This document shows positions 28,955 to 38,204 of a stretch of DNA of 64,000 nucleotides, piece after piece (position 1 is the stretch's first letter; each line of letters starts with the position of its first letter). Made by a program: the position numbers and the translations under genes. Source of the DNA: an uncultured Verrucomicrobiae bacterium (GTDB lineage Bacteria > Verrucomicrobiota > Verrucomicrobiia > Chthoniobacterales > UBA10450); the NCBI GenBank assembly GCA_963791565.1, contig CAWBSX010000004.1:372601-436600 (forward strand), read 5' to 3'. The notes beneath the pieces were generated by a model. It was not told where the DNA came from. It did no database searches and saw only the letters and a program-made list of their open reading frames with translations.

Positions 28955-29596
28955 ATGAAACTGACCTTGCTCGCTTGTCTCGCGACCGCGCTGGCCGCGA
29001 CGAACTTGTTTGGCCAAACCGAAACACCATCTGCTTCTCCGAACGCTTCTATGACTCCATCACCATCATCCAGTCCTGCCGCGAAAGAAGTCGCCGTCAT
29101 CAAAACAAGCGAAGGCGAAATGGTCGCCGAATTCTGGCCCGATGTCGCGCCGAACACGGTGGAGAATTTCAAGAAATTAGCGCGGCAGGGTTTCTACGAT
29201 GGCACTGCTTTTCATCGCATCATCAAAGGTTTCATGGCGCAGGGCGGCGATCCGCTGACCAAAGATCCCGCGAAAGAAAGCATGTGGGGCACCGGCGGTC
29301 CGGGTTACAAAGTGAAAGCCGAATTCAACAAAAAGCCGCATGAGCGCGGGGTTCTTTCCATGGCGCGCTCGAGCGATCCGGATTCGGCTGGTAGCCAGTT
29401 TTTTCTCTGCTTCGGCAAAGTCAGCCAGCTCGACGGGCAATACACGACCTTCGGCAAAATCATTAAAGGCGACGCCGTGCTCGACAAACTGGCCAACGTC
29501 GAAGTAACAACGAGCAACAGCGGCGAAAAAAGTAAGCCGGTCAATCGCGTCGGTCTTGAGAGCATCAAGATCGTGCCGGCGGACTCGGTGAAGTAA
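28955..29596 (+). CDS. periplasmic peptidyl-prolyl cis-trans isomerase, cyclophilin type
   Basis: Signal peptide MKLTLLACLATALAATNLFG; FHRIIKGFMAQGGDP...GVLSMARSSDPDSAGSQFFLCF...QYTTFGKII. The start is set at the internal ATG at 28955. Confidence 0.9.
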   Translation: MKLTLLACLATALAATNLFGQTETPSASPNASMTPSPSSSPAAKEVAVIKTSEGEMVAEFWPDVAPNTVENFKKLARQGFYDGTAFHRIIKGFMAQGGDPLTKDPAKESMWGTGGPGYKVKAEFNKKPHERGVLSMARSSDPDSAGSQFFLCFGKVSQLDGQYTTFGKIIKGDAVLDKLANVEVTTSNSGEKSKPVNRVGLESIKIVPADSVK

Positions 29597-29598
29597 CA

Positions 29599-30483
29599 AT
29601 GTCGGAGGCGAGCACCAACGTCGCATTGGTGCAGATGCAATGCGGGACGGATCCCGCGGCGAATCTGGAAAAGGCGATCGGGTTCATCCGCGATGCGGCG
29701 AAGAGCGGCGCGCAGATAATCTGTCTGCCGGAGCTTTTTCGATCGCAGTATTTTTGCCAATCGGAAGATCACAAATACTTCGCGCTCGCGGAAGAAATTC
29801 CCGGGCCGACCACGGACTCGTTAGGCAAACTCGCGGGCGAGCTTAAGGTTGTCATCGTCGCGTCGCTTTTCGAAAAGCGCGCTGCCGGCGTTTATCACAA
29901 CACCGCCGCCATCATCGATGCCGATGGGAAATTTCTCGGAAAATATCGCAAGATGCACATCCCGGATGATCCATCGTTTTACGAAAAATTTTATTTCGCG
30001 CCGGGCGACTTGGGCTTCAAAAACTGGCCCACACAACGTGGGAATATTGGTGTCTGTGTTTGCTGGGACCAATGGTATCCGGAGGCAGCCCGCCTGACGG
30101 CATTGCGCGGTGCGCAGTTACTTTTTTATCCGACTGCGATCGGATGGCATCCTTCTGAGAAGGAAAAGTATGGTCGCGCGCAATATTCCGCTTGGGAAAC
30201 AATGCAACGCAGTCACGCCATTTCGAATGGTTGTTTCGTCGCAGCCGTGAATCGCGTCGGTTTCGAAAATCCCGCGGGCGGCGACGGCATCGAATTCTGG
30301 GGACAAAGTTTCATGGTCGCGCCGAGCGGCGAAATTCTCGCGAAAGGCAGCGTTGATCGCGAAGAAATCATCCTGGCCGACGTGGATTGGAAACGCGTCG
30401 ATGAACACCGCACGCATTGGCCATTCCTGCGCGATCGTCGCATCGACGCCTACGCAGGCCTCGAGCGGCGGATGATCGACTGA
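29599..30483 (+). CDS. aguB: carbon-nitrogen hydrolase, N-carbamoylputrescine amidase-like
   Basis: Nitrilase-superfamily signature (catalytic E/K/C context, CVCWDQWYPE). About 294 aa, typical for AguB. The symbol is tentative. Confidence 0.7.
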   Translation: MSEASTNVALVQMQCGTDPAANLEKAIGFIRDAAKSGAQIICLPELFRSQYFCQSEDHKYFALAEEIPGPTTDSLGKLAGELKVVIVASLFEKRAAGVYHNTAAIIDADGKFLGKYRKMHIPDDPSFYEKFYFAPGDLGFKNWPTQRGNIGVCVCWDQWYPEAARLTALRGAQLLFYPTAIGWHPSEKEKYGRAQYSAWETMQRSHAISNGCFVAAVNRVGFENPAGGDGIEFWGQSFMVAPSGEILAKGSVDREEIILADVDWKRVDEHRTHWPFLRDRRIDAYAGLERRMID

Positions 30484-30509
30484 ACATTCAAGCGGGTGTA
30501 GCGTACCGC

Positions 30510-31058
30510 ATGAAAATCAGCTCCTTCGTTTTTCTTTTCGCGCTCGTTGTTGGTATGAGTGCGCCGTTTGCGGTTGCGCAGGATGTGCAACAAGCAGTCG
30601 CCGTAGTTCAACCGACCGCCAACAGCAAAGTCACCGGCACGATCACGTTCACGAAATCAGCCGATGGTGTGAAAGTTGTCGGCGACATTAATGGCCTCAC
30701 ACCGGGCAAACATGGTTTCCATATCCACGAATTCGGTGATTGCTCTGCGCCCGACGCCACCTCGGCTGGCTCTCATTTCAATCCGAGCAAACACCAACAC
30801 GGTGCGCCGGATGCGAGCGATCGTCATGACGGCGACATGGGAAACATCGAAGCCGATGCTTCCGGCAAAGCACATGTCGATTACACAGATAAAATGATGA
30901 AACTGAGCGGCGCTGATTCCATCATCGGTCATGCGGTGATCGTGCACGAAAAAGCCGATGATTTGAAAACGCAGCCGACCGGCGATGCCGGCGGTCGTCT
31001 GGCGTGCGGTGTAATCGGAGTGGCAAACCCTAACATGTCTCTGCATAGCACTCGTTAG
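30510..31058 (+). CDS. sodC: Cu/Zn superoxide dismutase (periplasmic)
   Basis: GFHIHEFGDCS, GSHFNP, HGAPDASDRHDGDMGNIEA, GHAVIVHEKADD, GGRLACGVIG. The start is set at ATG 30510 (signal peptide MKISSFVFLFALVV). The stop TAG is embedded in a copy of the 11-mer. Confidence 0.9.
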   Translation: MKISSFVFLFALVVGMSAPFAVAQDVQQAVAVVQPTANSKVTGTITFTKSADGVKVVGDINGLTPGKHGFHIHEFGDCSAPDATSAGSHFNPSKHQHGAPDASDRHDGDMGNIEADASGKAHVDYTDKMMKLSGADSIIGHAVIVHEKADDLKTQPTGDAGGRLACGVIGVANPNMSLHSTR

Positions 31059-31348
31059 GCGCCACTCAGACACCCCTGAACGCCGCTGTTCCGTAACTGT
31101 CTAATATCGCAGTTCTTTGTTAGTGCTGAGCGGATCCGCCTGGGGCGGATTCGACGGGGGACCCAAATTTCGCGCAAGCGATCGGGGCGCATGACGCTGC
31201 GGCGTCAGGAGCACTTGGTGGCTCTAGCCCGACAGCTAACTCCGTAAGCGAAACACCGAGAGCAGGGAGCGATTCCTGAGTCTCAAAAAAAGTTCGCCTT
31301 CCGCAAATAGTGCGAGCGCAAGCCGCAAGGCTTTAGAAGGAGATAGTC

Positions 31349-32653
31349 ATGAATGCCGTCAGGAAACTGGTGGTGTTTGTGGTGCTCGTGTCGGTCGCGA
31401 TTGCGATCGAGCGGGCGTGGTTAGGTGCAGTGCAGCCGCAAATCGCGACGCGGGTCGCGGTCGAGCAGCTCAATGGAAACGACAATGCGTTTCGGCAACT
31501 GCGTTTGTTCGAAGTGTTCAAGGACATCGCGGATGGCGTCGTGGTCATCGCAGCGATCGGACTCGCGTGGTGGCTTGTCGCCAAACCGGCCAGCACGCGG
31601 CGCGATTGGCCACGTTTGATATTGATCGGCGCGTTGCCGCTCCTGGCAATGAGCGGTTGCGTGCGGCCCTTCGACACGCCGGAATATGCGGAGATCAATA
31701 CCTCCGAGACGGGATTCCTTATTCCGCTCGAAGGCGACAGCACCGCGCAGGCAAAATTCCAATCGGAAGAATATCTGCGCGATTTGAAAGTCGCAGCCAA
31801 ACGCGTGCAGATCACGCATCGTTGGTCGCAGGAAGGACGGCTGCCGGGAAACGGCCGCTGGATTCCGACCGTGCGTTTGATCAAAGTGAATCGTTCGCCG
31901 ATCACGCGCGAATGGACAGCGGAAGCTACGACCGGCACGGCGGCGAAGAACCAGGCCATCTGGATCGAGAGCTCCGATAGCGTCGGATTCAGTATGGGAT
32001 TTACCTGCACTGCTTTCATTCCCGAAGAGCAGGCGGCGAAATTCCTGTATTGGTATCCGAGCGGCTCGCTCTCGGAAGTGATGGATGCCGAAGTGCGCGG
32101 CCGTATTCAACAAGTATCGGCTGAGATCGCGGCGAAATATCCGCTCGACGCCTTGCGTGCACGCAAACAGGAAATATCCGACGCGGTGAAGACTGACGTC
32201 ACGCAATTCTTCGCGCAACGCGGTGTTGTGATCACGACCGTCGGAATGTTCGGCGGCATGACCTACGAGAACGGCGAGATCCAGAAGGCGATCGACAACA
32301 CGATCATCGCACAACAGCTCAAAGTGGTGAACGAAGCGAAATGGGAAGCACAACAGCGCGATAACGATCGCGTAACGCTCGAGGCAAACGCAGTAGCGGA
32401 ACGGGCGCGGCGCATTGCCGCTGGCGAAGCGGATGCGAAAAAAATCGCGGCTGATGCCGAAGCACAGTCGATTCGCGAAGTCACGAAAGCTCTCGCGGAC
32501 GCCAAAGAGAATCCGTTGCTCTATCAACTGCGCGCGCTCGAAGTAGAACGCGCCCGAGTCGAACACTGGAACGGTCAATACCCAAGCTGGTTCATGGGCA
32601 CCGCGGCGAGTTCGCCGAATCTGATGCTGCAAATGCCCGCGCCCCCGCGCTAA
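31349..32653 (+). CDS. SPFH/band-7 (stomatin/prohibitin-like) membrane protein with a coiled-coil C-terminus
   Basis: N-terminal TM segments, an SPFH core, and an Ala/Glu-rich coiled coil (AERARRIAAGEADAKKIAADAEAQS). A strong RBS, AAGGAGA, sits 5 nt upstream. Confidence 0.75.
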   Translation: MNAVRKLVVFVVLVSVAIAIERAWLGAVQPQIATRVAVEQLNGNDNAFRQLRLFEVFKDIADGVVVIAAIGLAWWLVAKPASTRRDWPRLILIGALPLLAMSGCVRPFDTPEYAEINTSETGFLIPLEGDSTAQAKFQSEEYLRDLKVAAKRVQITHRWSQEGRLPGNGRWIPTVRLIKVNRSPITREWTAEATTGTAAKNQAIWIESSDSVGFSMGFTCTAFIPEEQAAKFLYWYPSGSLSEVMDAEVRGRIQQVSAEIAAKYPLDALRARKQEISDAVKTDVTQFFAQRGVVITTVGMFGGMTYENGEIQKAIDNTIIAQQLKVVNEAKWEAQQRDNDRVTLEANAVAERARRIAAGEADAKKIAADAEAQSIREVTKALADAKENPLLYQLRALEVERARVEHWNGQYPSWFMGTAASSPNLMLQMPAPPR

Positions 32654-32662
32654 GTTGTCGAT

Positions 32663-33688
32663 GTGGAATTGTTGACCATCGGCGAAATCAGGCGACGCGC
32701 GCAGAACGGTTTCGTTACTGCGCGCGTTCATGTGCAGATCAGTGCGGCAGAAGCGAAGGCAACCCGCGAAGGAAAACCCTACTGCGAAATGACGCTGGCC
32801 GATGCGCGCGATCGCATGACCTTGCGCGTCTGGAGCGATCATCCGGAATATCGCGCCTGCGAAACATTACAAGCTTCCGAGTTCATCGAGATCAGCGGAG
32901 AATTTGCGCAGCACCAGCAATTCGGACTCGAGGCGAAGCAGTGGAACGTTCGTCGCCTAACGAGTGATGAAATCGCCGACCTGCTGGCCGGCCCGCCGGA
33001 GTTGCGCGCGAAACAAACCGCGGACTGGAGTCTGATTACGGAACGAATCAAAACGATCGGCGATCCTCGTCTGCGCGCGTTATGCGAAGCGTTCATCACG
33101 GAATTCGGCGAACGATTTCGCCGTACCGCGGGCGCGCGCAGTTATCATCACGCGCGCCGCGGCGGATTAGTCGAGCACGTCGCGCAGATGTTGCGCACGG
33201 CCGATGCGCTCGCGCCGCTTTATCCGCAATTGAATCTCGATCTCCTCATCGCCGGAATTGTTTTTCACGATTCCGGAAAACTTTGGGAAAACCATCTGCC
33301 GGAAGATGGCTTTACCATGGGTTTCGACGAGCGCGGCGAATTGATGGGGCACATTTCGATCGGGATTGAGCTGGTCAATTCGCTCTGGCGCAAAGTGAAT
33401 TTGCCTAACGAGTGGAATGGCCTGTCGCCCGCGGCTGAAGATGTGCGGCTGCATCTTTTGCATTTGATCGGCGCGCATCATGGCGAGCCGCAATTTGGTT
33501 CGCCGGTTAGTCCGAAAACTCCGGAGGCGATGGCGCTCAACTACATCGACAACCTCGACGCTCGTCTGGAGATGTTCGCCGCGGGATATCTCGTGGCGAA
33601 ACCAATCGCCGATCGAATTTTTGATCGCGTCCGGCCTTTGCCCGGAAATTTGGTCAAGCCACTGGAAAAATTTTCGCCGGCGAACTAA
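32663..33688 (+). CDS. YhaM-like 3'-5' exonuclease (OB-fold + HD domain)
   Basis: HD-domain residues HHARRGGLVEHV...VFHDSGK...LIGAHHGE, preceded by an OB-fold-like N-terminus. Confidence 0.65.
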   Translation: MELLTIGEIRRRAQNGFVTARVHVQISAAEAKATREGKPYCEMTLADARDRMTLRVWSDHPEYRACETLQASEFIEISGEFAQHQQFGLEAKQWNVRRLTSDEIADLLAGPPELRAKQTADWSLITERIKTIGDPRLRALCEAFITEFGERFRRTAGARSYHHARRGGLVEHVAQMLRTADALAPLYPQLNLDLLIAGIVFHDSGKLWENHLPEDGFTMGFDERGELMGHISIGIELVNSLWRKVNLPNEWNGLSPAAEDVRLHLLHLIGAHHGEPQFGSPVSPKTPEAMALNYIDNLDARLEMFAAGYLVAKPIADRIFDRVRPLPGNLVKPLEKFSPAN

Positions 33689-34413
33689 TTGCCCGGCGGG
33701 CCCTGCGTGGCAATGACCATTTGATTGCCCTGCAGGGTGATCGTCTTCACGTTCGGCCAAAACGTGTGCTGATTATTTTTTCGCAAGCTCTCCCCGAATC
33801 CAGTGGTGAAGCTACGACCGAAAGTTGACGCGAATGCGCGTAGGAACCCCCCCGTGATTTGATGACCATTCGCTTCGATCCATTCCGGATCGAAATAAAA
33901 ATTGTTATCGTCGTAACTGAATCGGAGGCGGGTACTGCCGTTGAACCAACGCTGTTTCATCGAGGGTAGCGGAGCGGCATTTAGCGGCACACTCACTTCC
34001 AGTGTCGCCATCGAATCCGCGAGGGCGACGTGCATTCTGTTTTTGCGACTCGCGAAATCCGGATGGCGTGCAATCAGCGCGTTCAGGTCATCGGCGGTGA
34101 AAGCAACCGTGCTTGCTTGATTGGTGGCGAGCGCGTTTTTCAGCTGCGCGAACTTGGCGCTGGCCGCGTTGAATTCGCCATCAGTCGGCATCGTAATCTT
34201 AGTGTCGATCGGATCAGCCGTGGTTAGTTTTTTGACCGCTCCCAGGTAAAGAAACCAACATGCGCAAACGAGAATGATGCAGCCGACAAACGCCGCAAAG
34301 AGGACGCTGAGGCAGCCGCCCGCGAAACAACCGCAACCAGAAGGCTTGGGCGGCGGAAGAACGACTTGCTGTTGCGGAGCTGCGGGCGCGGGAACTGGCG
34401 GCGGCGTGTCCAT
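33685..34413 (-). CDS. membrane-anchored hypothetical protein (Pro-rich N-terminus, Cys-rich TM)
   Basis: 242-aa ORF. Its end overlaps the upstream gene convergently. Confidence 0.45.
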   Translation of the reverse strand: MDTPPPVPAPAAPQQQVVLPPPKPSGCGCFAGGCLSVLFAAFVGCIILVCACWFLYLGAVKKLTTADPIDTKITMPTDGEFNAASAKFAQLKNALATNQASTVAFTADDLNALIARHPDFASRKNRMHVALADSMATLEVSVPLNAAPLPSMKQRWFNGSTRLRFSYDDNNFYFDPEWIEANGHQITGGFLRAFASTFGRSFTTGFGESLRKNNQHTFWPNVKTITLQGNQMVIATQGPPGN

Positions 34414-34465
34414 CCGTCCCGTTTAACTGCTCGTTAGGCGCGAAGAAAGCTCTTTTGTTGGCGTG

Positions 34466-34506
34466 GCGAATAAAGAAAAAGCGGCGGTCAATTCGACCGC
34501 CGCTTT
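34466..34506 (-). terminator. rho-independent terminator of rplQ (bidirectional hairpin)
   Basis: Perfect 13-bp stem AAAAGCGGCGGTC / GACCGCCGCTTTT (34476-34488 and 34494-34506) with loop AATTC. On the minus strand it is followed by TTTTTCTTTATT. Confidence 0.7.
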
Positions 34507-34537
34507 TCTGAACATTCTGCCTAACGAATGGTTACAA

Positions 34538-35011
34538 CTACTCGTTAGTCTCTTTCGATTTCTTGCTCTTCGGCGCAGGCTTCGAATCGGCCGCGCTCTT
34601 CTTGGATTTCGCCTTCTTGGTTGTTTCTGCCGTTTCCGGCTCATCGACAACGACTGCGGCATCGACCCATTCAATGAACGCAACCGAAGCAGAGTCGCTC
34701 TTGCGTTGACCGAGCCGGACGATGCGGGTGTAGCCGCCTTTGCGATCAGCCGAGCGCGGAGCGATGTCGTCGAACAGTTTCTTCACCGCATCCGCCTGAC
34801 GCAACGTGGCGAGCGCAGTGCGTCGCGCGTGCAGCGAGCCTTTCTTTCCCAGCGTCACCATTTTTTCCGCGAGCGGGCGAACCGCTTTCGCTTTGGCGAG
34901 CGTCGTCTTGATGCGGTGATGTTCGATCAAGCTGCAAACCTGATTGGCCAGCAGCGCTTTTCGATGCGCGGCGGTCAGGCCGAGCTTCAAGGTTTTCTTC
35001 TGGTGTCTCAT
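34538..35011 (-). CDS. rplQ: 50S ribosomal protein L17 with a Lys/Ala-rich C-terminal extension
   Basis: MRHQKKTLKLGLTAAHRKALLANQVCSLIEHHRIKTTLAKAKAVRPLAEKMVTLGKKGSLHARR...YTRIVRLGQRKSDSASVAFIEWVD, plus a tail ...TTKKAKSKKSAADSKPAPKSKKSKETNE. Confidence 0.9.
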   Translation of the reverse strand: MRHQKKTLKLGLTAAHRKALLANQVCSLIEHHRIKTTLAKAKAVRPLAEKMVTLGKKGSLHARRTALATLRQADAVKKLFDDIAPRSADRKGGYTRIVRLGQRKSDSASVAFIEWVDAAVVVDEPETAETTKKAKSKKSAADSKPAPKSKKSKETNE

Positions 35012-35019
35012 GATGATTC

Positions 35020-35030
35020 GCCTAACGAGT
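35020..35030. repeat. copy of GCCTAACGAGT filling the rpoA-rplQ intergenic spacer
   Basis: Exact match between the rpoA stop (35032-35034) and the rplQ start (35011). Confidence 0.9.
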
Positions 35031-35031
35031 G

Positions 35032-36072
35032 CTATTCGTGATCAGCCGAGCCATTCATGCTCGCGCCGTCCACACCGACCGGGACTTCCACCAAACCTGG
35101 ATCGAATTTCATCCCAAGACCAAGGCCGAGCTGTTGCAGCTTGTCCTTGATTTCGTTGAGCGATTTTTTGCCGAAGTTGCGATACTTCAGCATCTCAGCT
35201 TCGGATTTTCTGCGCGAGCTGGCCAACCGTGGTGATATTGGCGTTGTTCAAGCAATTGGCGGCGCGGACACTGAGTTCGATTTCGTTCACGCTCATATTG
35301 AGAAGCTTCTTCAGCTTCATGTTTTCCTCGGAAACACCGGCAGGCGTTTCGTCGAACTCGATCACGTCTTCGTTGAAATTCACGAAAACATCGAGGTGAT
35401 GGCGCAGGATCGCCGAGGCCTGGAGCAACGCATCATCTGGCGTGAGACGACCGTCCGTCCAGACTTCGAGGACGAGCTTGTCGTAATCGGTCCGCTGACC
35501 GACGCGGGTGTTTTCCACCGCATATTTCACGCGCGTAACTGGCGAGAAAATGGAATCAATTGGAATAAGACCAATCGGTTGGTCGGCACGCTTGTTCTCG
35601 TCGCCCGTGGCAAAACCGCGGCCGACGCGCACTTCCAGTTCGGCATGTCGAACTTGTGCTTCTTGTCGAGAGTGCAGATGAGCTGCTTCGGATTCAAAAC
35701 CTCGAACCCTTGCGCGAGCTGAATGTCGTGCGCGGTGACTTCGCCTTCTTTGTTGACCGCGAGCGAGAGTTTGCGCGGCTCGTGTTCCGCGGCCTTGAAT
35801 TTGATCCGCTTCAGGTTGAGCACGATGTCGGTCACGTCTTCGACCACGCCGGGCAGAGTAGCGAATTCATGTTGCGCCCCGGTGATTTTCACCGCGGTGA
35901 TGGCGGCGCCTTCGAGCGACGAAAGCAAAACTCGGCGGAGCGAATTTCCGACCGTGTGACCGTAACCGGCTTCAAACGGCTCGGCGACGAACTTGGCGTA
36001 GGTTTCTGTGGAGCCGTCCTCAACTTTGGTGAGGGTCTTCGGCATTTCAAAACGACCGTATCTTACTGGCAT
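35032..36072 (-). CDS. rpoA: DNA-directed RNA polymerase alpha subunit, interrupted by two apparent homopolymer frameshifts
   Basis: Three ORF pieces are colinear with RpoA: ...[35 protein letters not shown]..., ...[59 protein letters not shown]...[22 protein letters not shown], and [31 protein letters not shown]. The shifts are near 35630 (GG to G) and 35205 (AAA to AAAA). Confidence 0.85.
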
Positions 36073-36228
36073 AGTGTGCCTTTTCCTTTTTCTGACGCGC
36101 CGGGTTACCCCTGACGAGTGCGGCTTACATCTGATGACGTAAACCCAGGGACCAACGGCGCAGCTTCTACAAACTCGCTGCGGGACGTGGAATCAACACT
36201 ACTCCCGCTTTTTTGCAAGCGGCGGATT

Positions 36229-36666
36229 CTATTCCTCGATAATCGTGTTGGGCAGCTCGTCTTTATCGGTCGCCTGCCGCGGAAAAAATCGCCCGAGCAA
36301 ATCGCCCGCATTCTCGATTCCGTGAATCAACGCTTCGGTGAAATTCTCTTTCTTGAAGTGCGTCTGCATTTCATCGACCAACCGTTGCCAGAATTCATCG
36401 CCGCATTTTTGATGAACGGCTTCGTCACCCACGACCGCGAATTTCCGCGCGCGCGGCGCCACGAAAATGAGAATGCTATTGCGGCCAGCCGTCTGGTGCA
36501 TTTTCAGTTCCTGAAATTTTTTCTGCGCCACCGGCAACGGATCGCCCGCGATTTCACCGCGCTGAATATAGAGTCGGATCTCGCCGGATGTTTTCGCCTC
36601 CGCCGCTGCGATCGCGGAGACGATCCGGTCATGACTCAGACGAGTGAGAAATTCCTTCGAGCGCAT
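36229..36666 (-). CDS. TPM-domain protein (third gene of the LemA-TPM operon)
   Basis: Start set at MRSKEFLTRLSHDRIVSAIAAAEAKTSGEIRLYIQRGEI. The track's upstream 39 aa are Ala-rich, low-complexity antisense. Confidence 0.55.
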   Translation of the reverse strand: MRSKEFLTRLSHDRIVSAIAAAEAKTSGEIRLYIQRGEIAGDPLPVAQKKFQELKMHQTAGRNSILIFVAPRARKFAVVGDEAVHQKCGDEFWQRLVDEMQTHFKKENFTEALIHGIENAGDLLGRFFPRQATDKDELPNTIIEE

Positions 36667-36673
36667 TTCGATT

Positions 36674-37450
36674 TTACCAACTCGAGCCCGCCCCGCCGCC
36701 GCCGAAGCTACCACCGCCGCCGCTGAAACCACTAAAGCCTCCGCCGCCTGAGGAACCGCCCGACCAGCCGCCGCCACCACCACCCCACCCGCCGATGAAC
36801 GGTCCGCCCATTCCAGTATAACCCCAACCGCGCCGCTGCGATCGTCGCGCGATCATAATTAGAATGATGAGAAAGATTACAAACGGCAAAAACGGAATGA
36901 CGCCTGTCGCGATCGACCCGCCTTTGTCGTCCGCCACGGTTTTGCCGGTGCCTTTGTATTCGCCGCGAATCGCCTTGCCGATCAGGTCGATGCCAGTGGC
37001 CAGTCCGCCTTCATAATCCGCCGTGCGAAATTTCGGTTTGATGTGGCGCTCGGTAATATCGAAAGCCGTCGCATCCGGGAGCGCGCCTTCCAAACCGTAG
37101 CCGACCTGAATGAACATTTTGCGATCGTCCTTGAAGACGAAAAGCACGGCGCCGTTGCGCCGATCTTTTTGTCCCACGCCCCAGGATTGCGCGATGCGCT
37201 GCGTGTAATCCGCGATGTCCGAATCGGTCTGCATCTTCGGATAAATGGCGACCAACACTTGGTTGGAAGTGTCGCGTTCGAACTGCGCGAGCTGTTCGTT
37301 GAAACGCGCCGCCGCATCTCGGGAAACAACGCCAGCATAGTCGTTGAAATAACGATCCGGCTTCGGCGGCATGACTTCCGCCGCCCGTAGCCTAACGAGT
37401 GCTGCAAAAACGAGCAGCGCAGCGCCGGCGAAATTCCTGATCGGATGCAA
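36674..37450 (-). CDS. TPM-domain (YgcG-like) membrane protein with a Gly-rich C-terminal tail
   Basis: Signal peptide, TPM domain, one TM segment (VIPFLPFVIFLIILIMI), then GGWGGGGGGWSGGSSGGGGFSGFSGGGG. Confidence 0.7.
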   Translation of the reverse strand: MHPIRNFAGAALLVFAALVRLRAAEVMPPKPDRYFNDYAGVVSRDAAARFNEQLAQFERDTSNQVLVAIYPKMQTDSDIADYTQRIAQSWGVGQKDRRNGAVLFVFKDDRKMFIQVGYGLEGALPDATAFDITERHIKPKFRTADYEGGLATGIDLIGKAIRGEYKGTGKTVADDKGGSIATGVIPFLPFVIFLIILIMIARRSQRRGWGYTGMGGPFIGGWGGGGGGWSGGSSGGGGFSGFSGGGGSFGGGGAGSSW

Positions 37451-37462
37451 TGAAGCTCGTTA

Positions 37463-38134
37463 CTACGGCGTCGGCACAGGTGTGGCGGCCGGCTTCGTCA
37501 TTGTAGGTGGCACCGAAGGCGCGTTGCCGAAGTTTCCGAAATTCACCGCGGGCGCTCTTTCTGATCCAGGCTGCGCGTTGAAAAATGGTTTCGGCTGAAA
37601 ACCAAACATCTTGTTCAGCATGTTTGTCGGGAAAGTTCCGAGGGCCGTGTTGTAATCTTGCACCGCGCCGTTGAAATTATTTCGCTCCACCGAGATGCGG
37701 TTCTCCGTTCCTTCGAGTTGAACTTGCAGATCTTGGAAGCCCTTCGTCGCCGTCAGCTGCGGATAATTTTCGCTCACGACTAGCAAACGCGAGAGAGCGT
37801 TGCTCAATTGCCCCTGCGCTTCCTGGAATTGCTGCAATTGCGCTGCGTCTGTCGGCGCCTTGTTCGGATCAAGCTGCACACGGCCCACACTGGCGCGCGC
37901 GTTCGTCACCTCGGTCAGCGTCGATTTTTCGAAATTCGCCTCGCCTTGTACGGTGTTGACCAGATTCGGAATCAAATCCGCGCGGCGTTGATAGACCGAC
38001 TGCACGTCGGCCCATTTCTTGTTCACGTTTTGTTCGAGAGCGACGAGCCGGTTGTAGGTCCCGCAACCGGTCAGTCCGTGAAGCGCAACCAGCGCGATTA
38101 ATAACCCTCCGCATCTCGACGCGAATGTTTTCAT
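37463..38134 (-). CDS. LemA-family protein
   Basis: N-terminal lipoprotein-like signal (LTGCG). Coiled LemA core NRLVALEQNVNKKWADVQSVYQRRADLIPNLVNTVQGEANFEKSTLTEVTNARA. Confidence 0.8.
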   Translation of the reverse strand: MKTFASRCGGLLIALVALHGLTGCGTYNRLVALEQNVNKKWADVQSVYQRRADLIPNLVNTVQGEANFEKSTLTEVTNARASVGRVQLDPNKAPTDAAQLQQFQEAQGQLSNALSRLLVVSENYPQLTATKGFQDLQVQLEGTENRISVERNNFNGAVQDYNTALGTFPTNMLNKMFGFQPKPFFNAQPGSERAPAVNFGNFGNAPSVPPTMTKPAATPVPTP

Positions 38135-38204
38135 AGTTGCGAGACGTTCGCGAATCGCTCCGGCAAGTCAATGCGCGTGGCGCGCCGGCAGGTTTCGCGG
38201 TAGT

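Noticed and set aside
31147-31160. GGATTCGACGGGGG, a near-perfect match to the conserved 5' region of tmRNA (GGAUUCGACGGG), and a downstream AAATAGTGCG...GCTTTAG reminiscent of a tag-ORF context
   Set aside because: Nothing resembles the tRNA-like 3' end (T-arm GGUUCGAnUCC plus a complementary acceptor strand). The spacing between the 5' GGGG and GGAUUCGAC is too short. There is no short Ala-rich tag ORF with a stop. The TTAGAAGGAG is simply the RBS of the SPFH gene 5 nt upstream of its ATG. The available 290 bp is too short for a one-piece tmRNA.
31421-32842. 473-aa minus-strand ORF, and other long Arg-rich ORFs (for example 8661..9419 at 252 aa, 11514..12437 at 307 aa, 14364..14903, 25216..25989, 76..648)
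   Set aside because: These are antisense to convincing genes. They have extreme Arg/Ala/Pro/Ser composition typical of wrong-frame high-GC DNA, and no recognisable domains.
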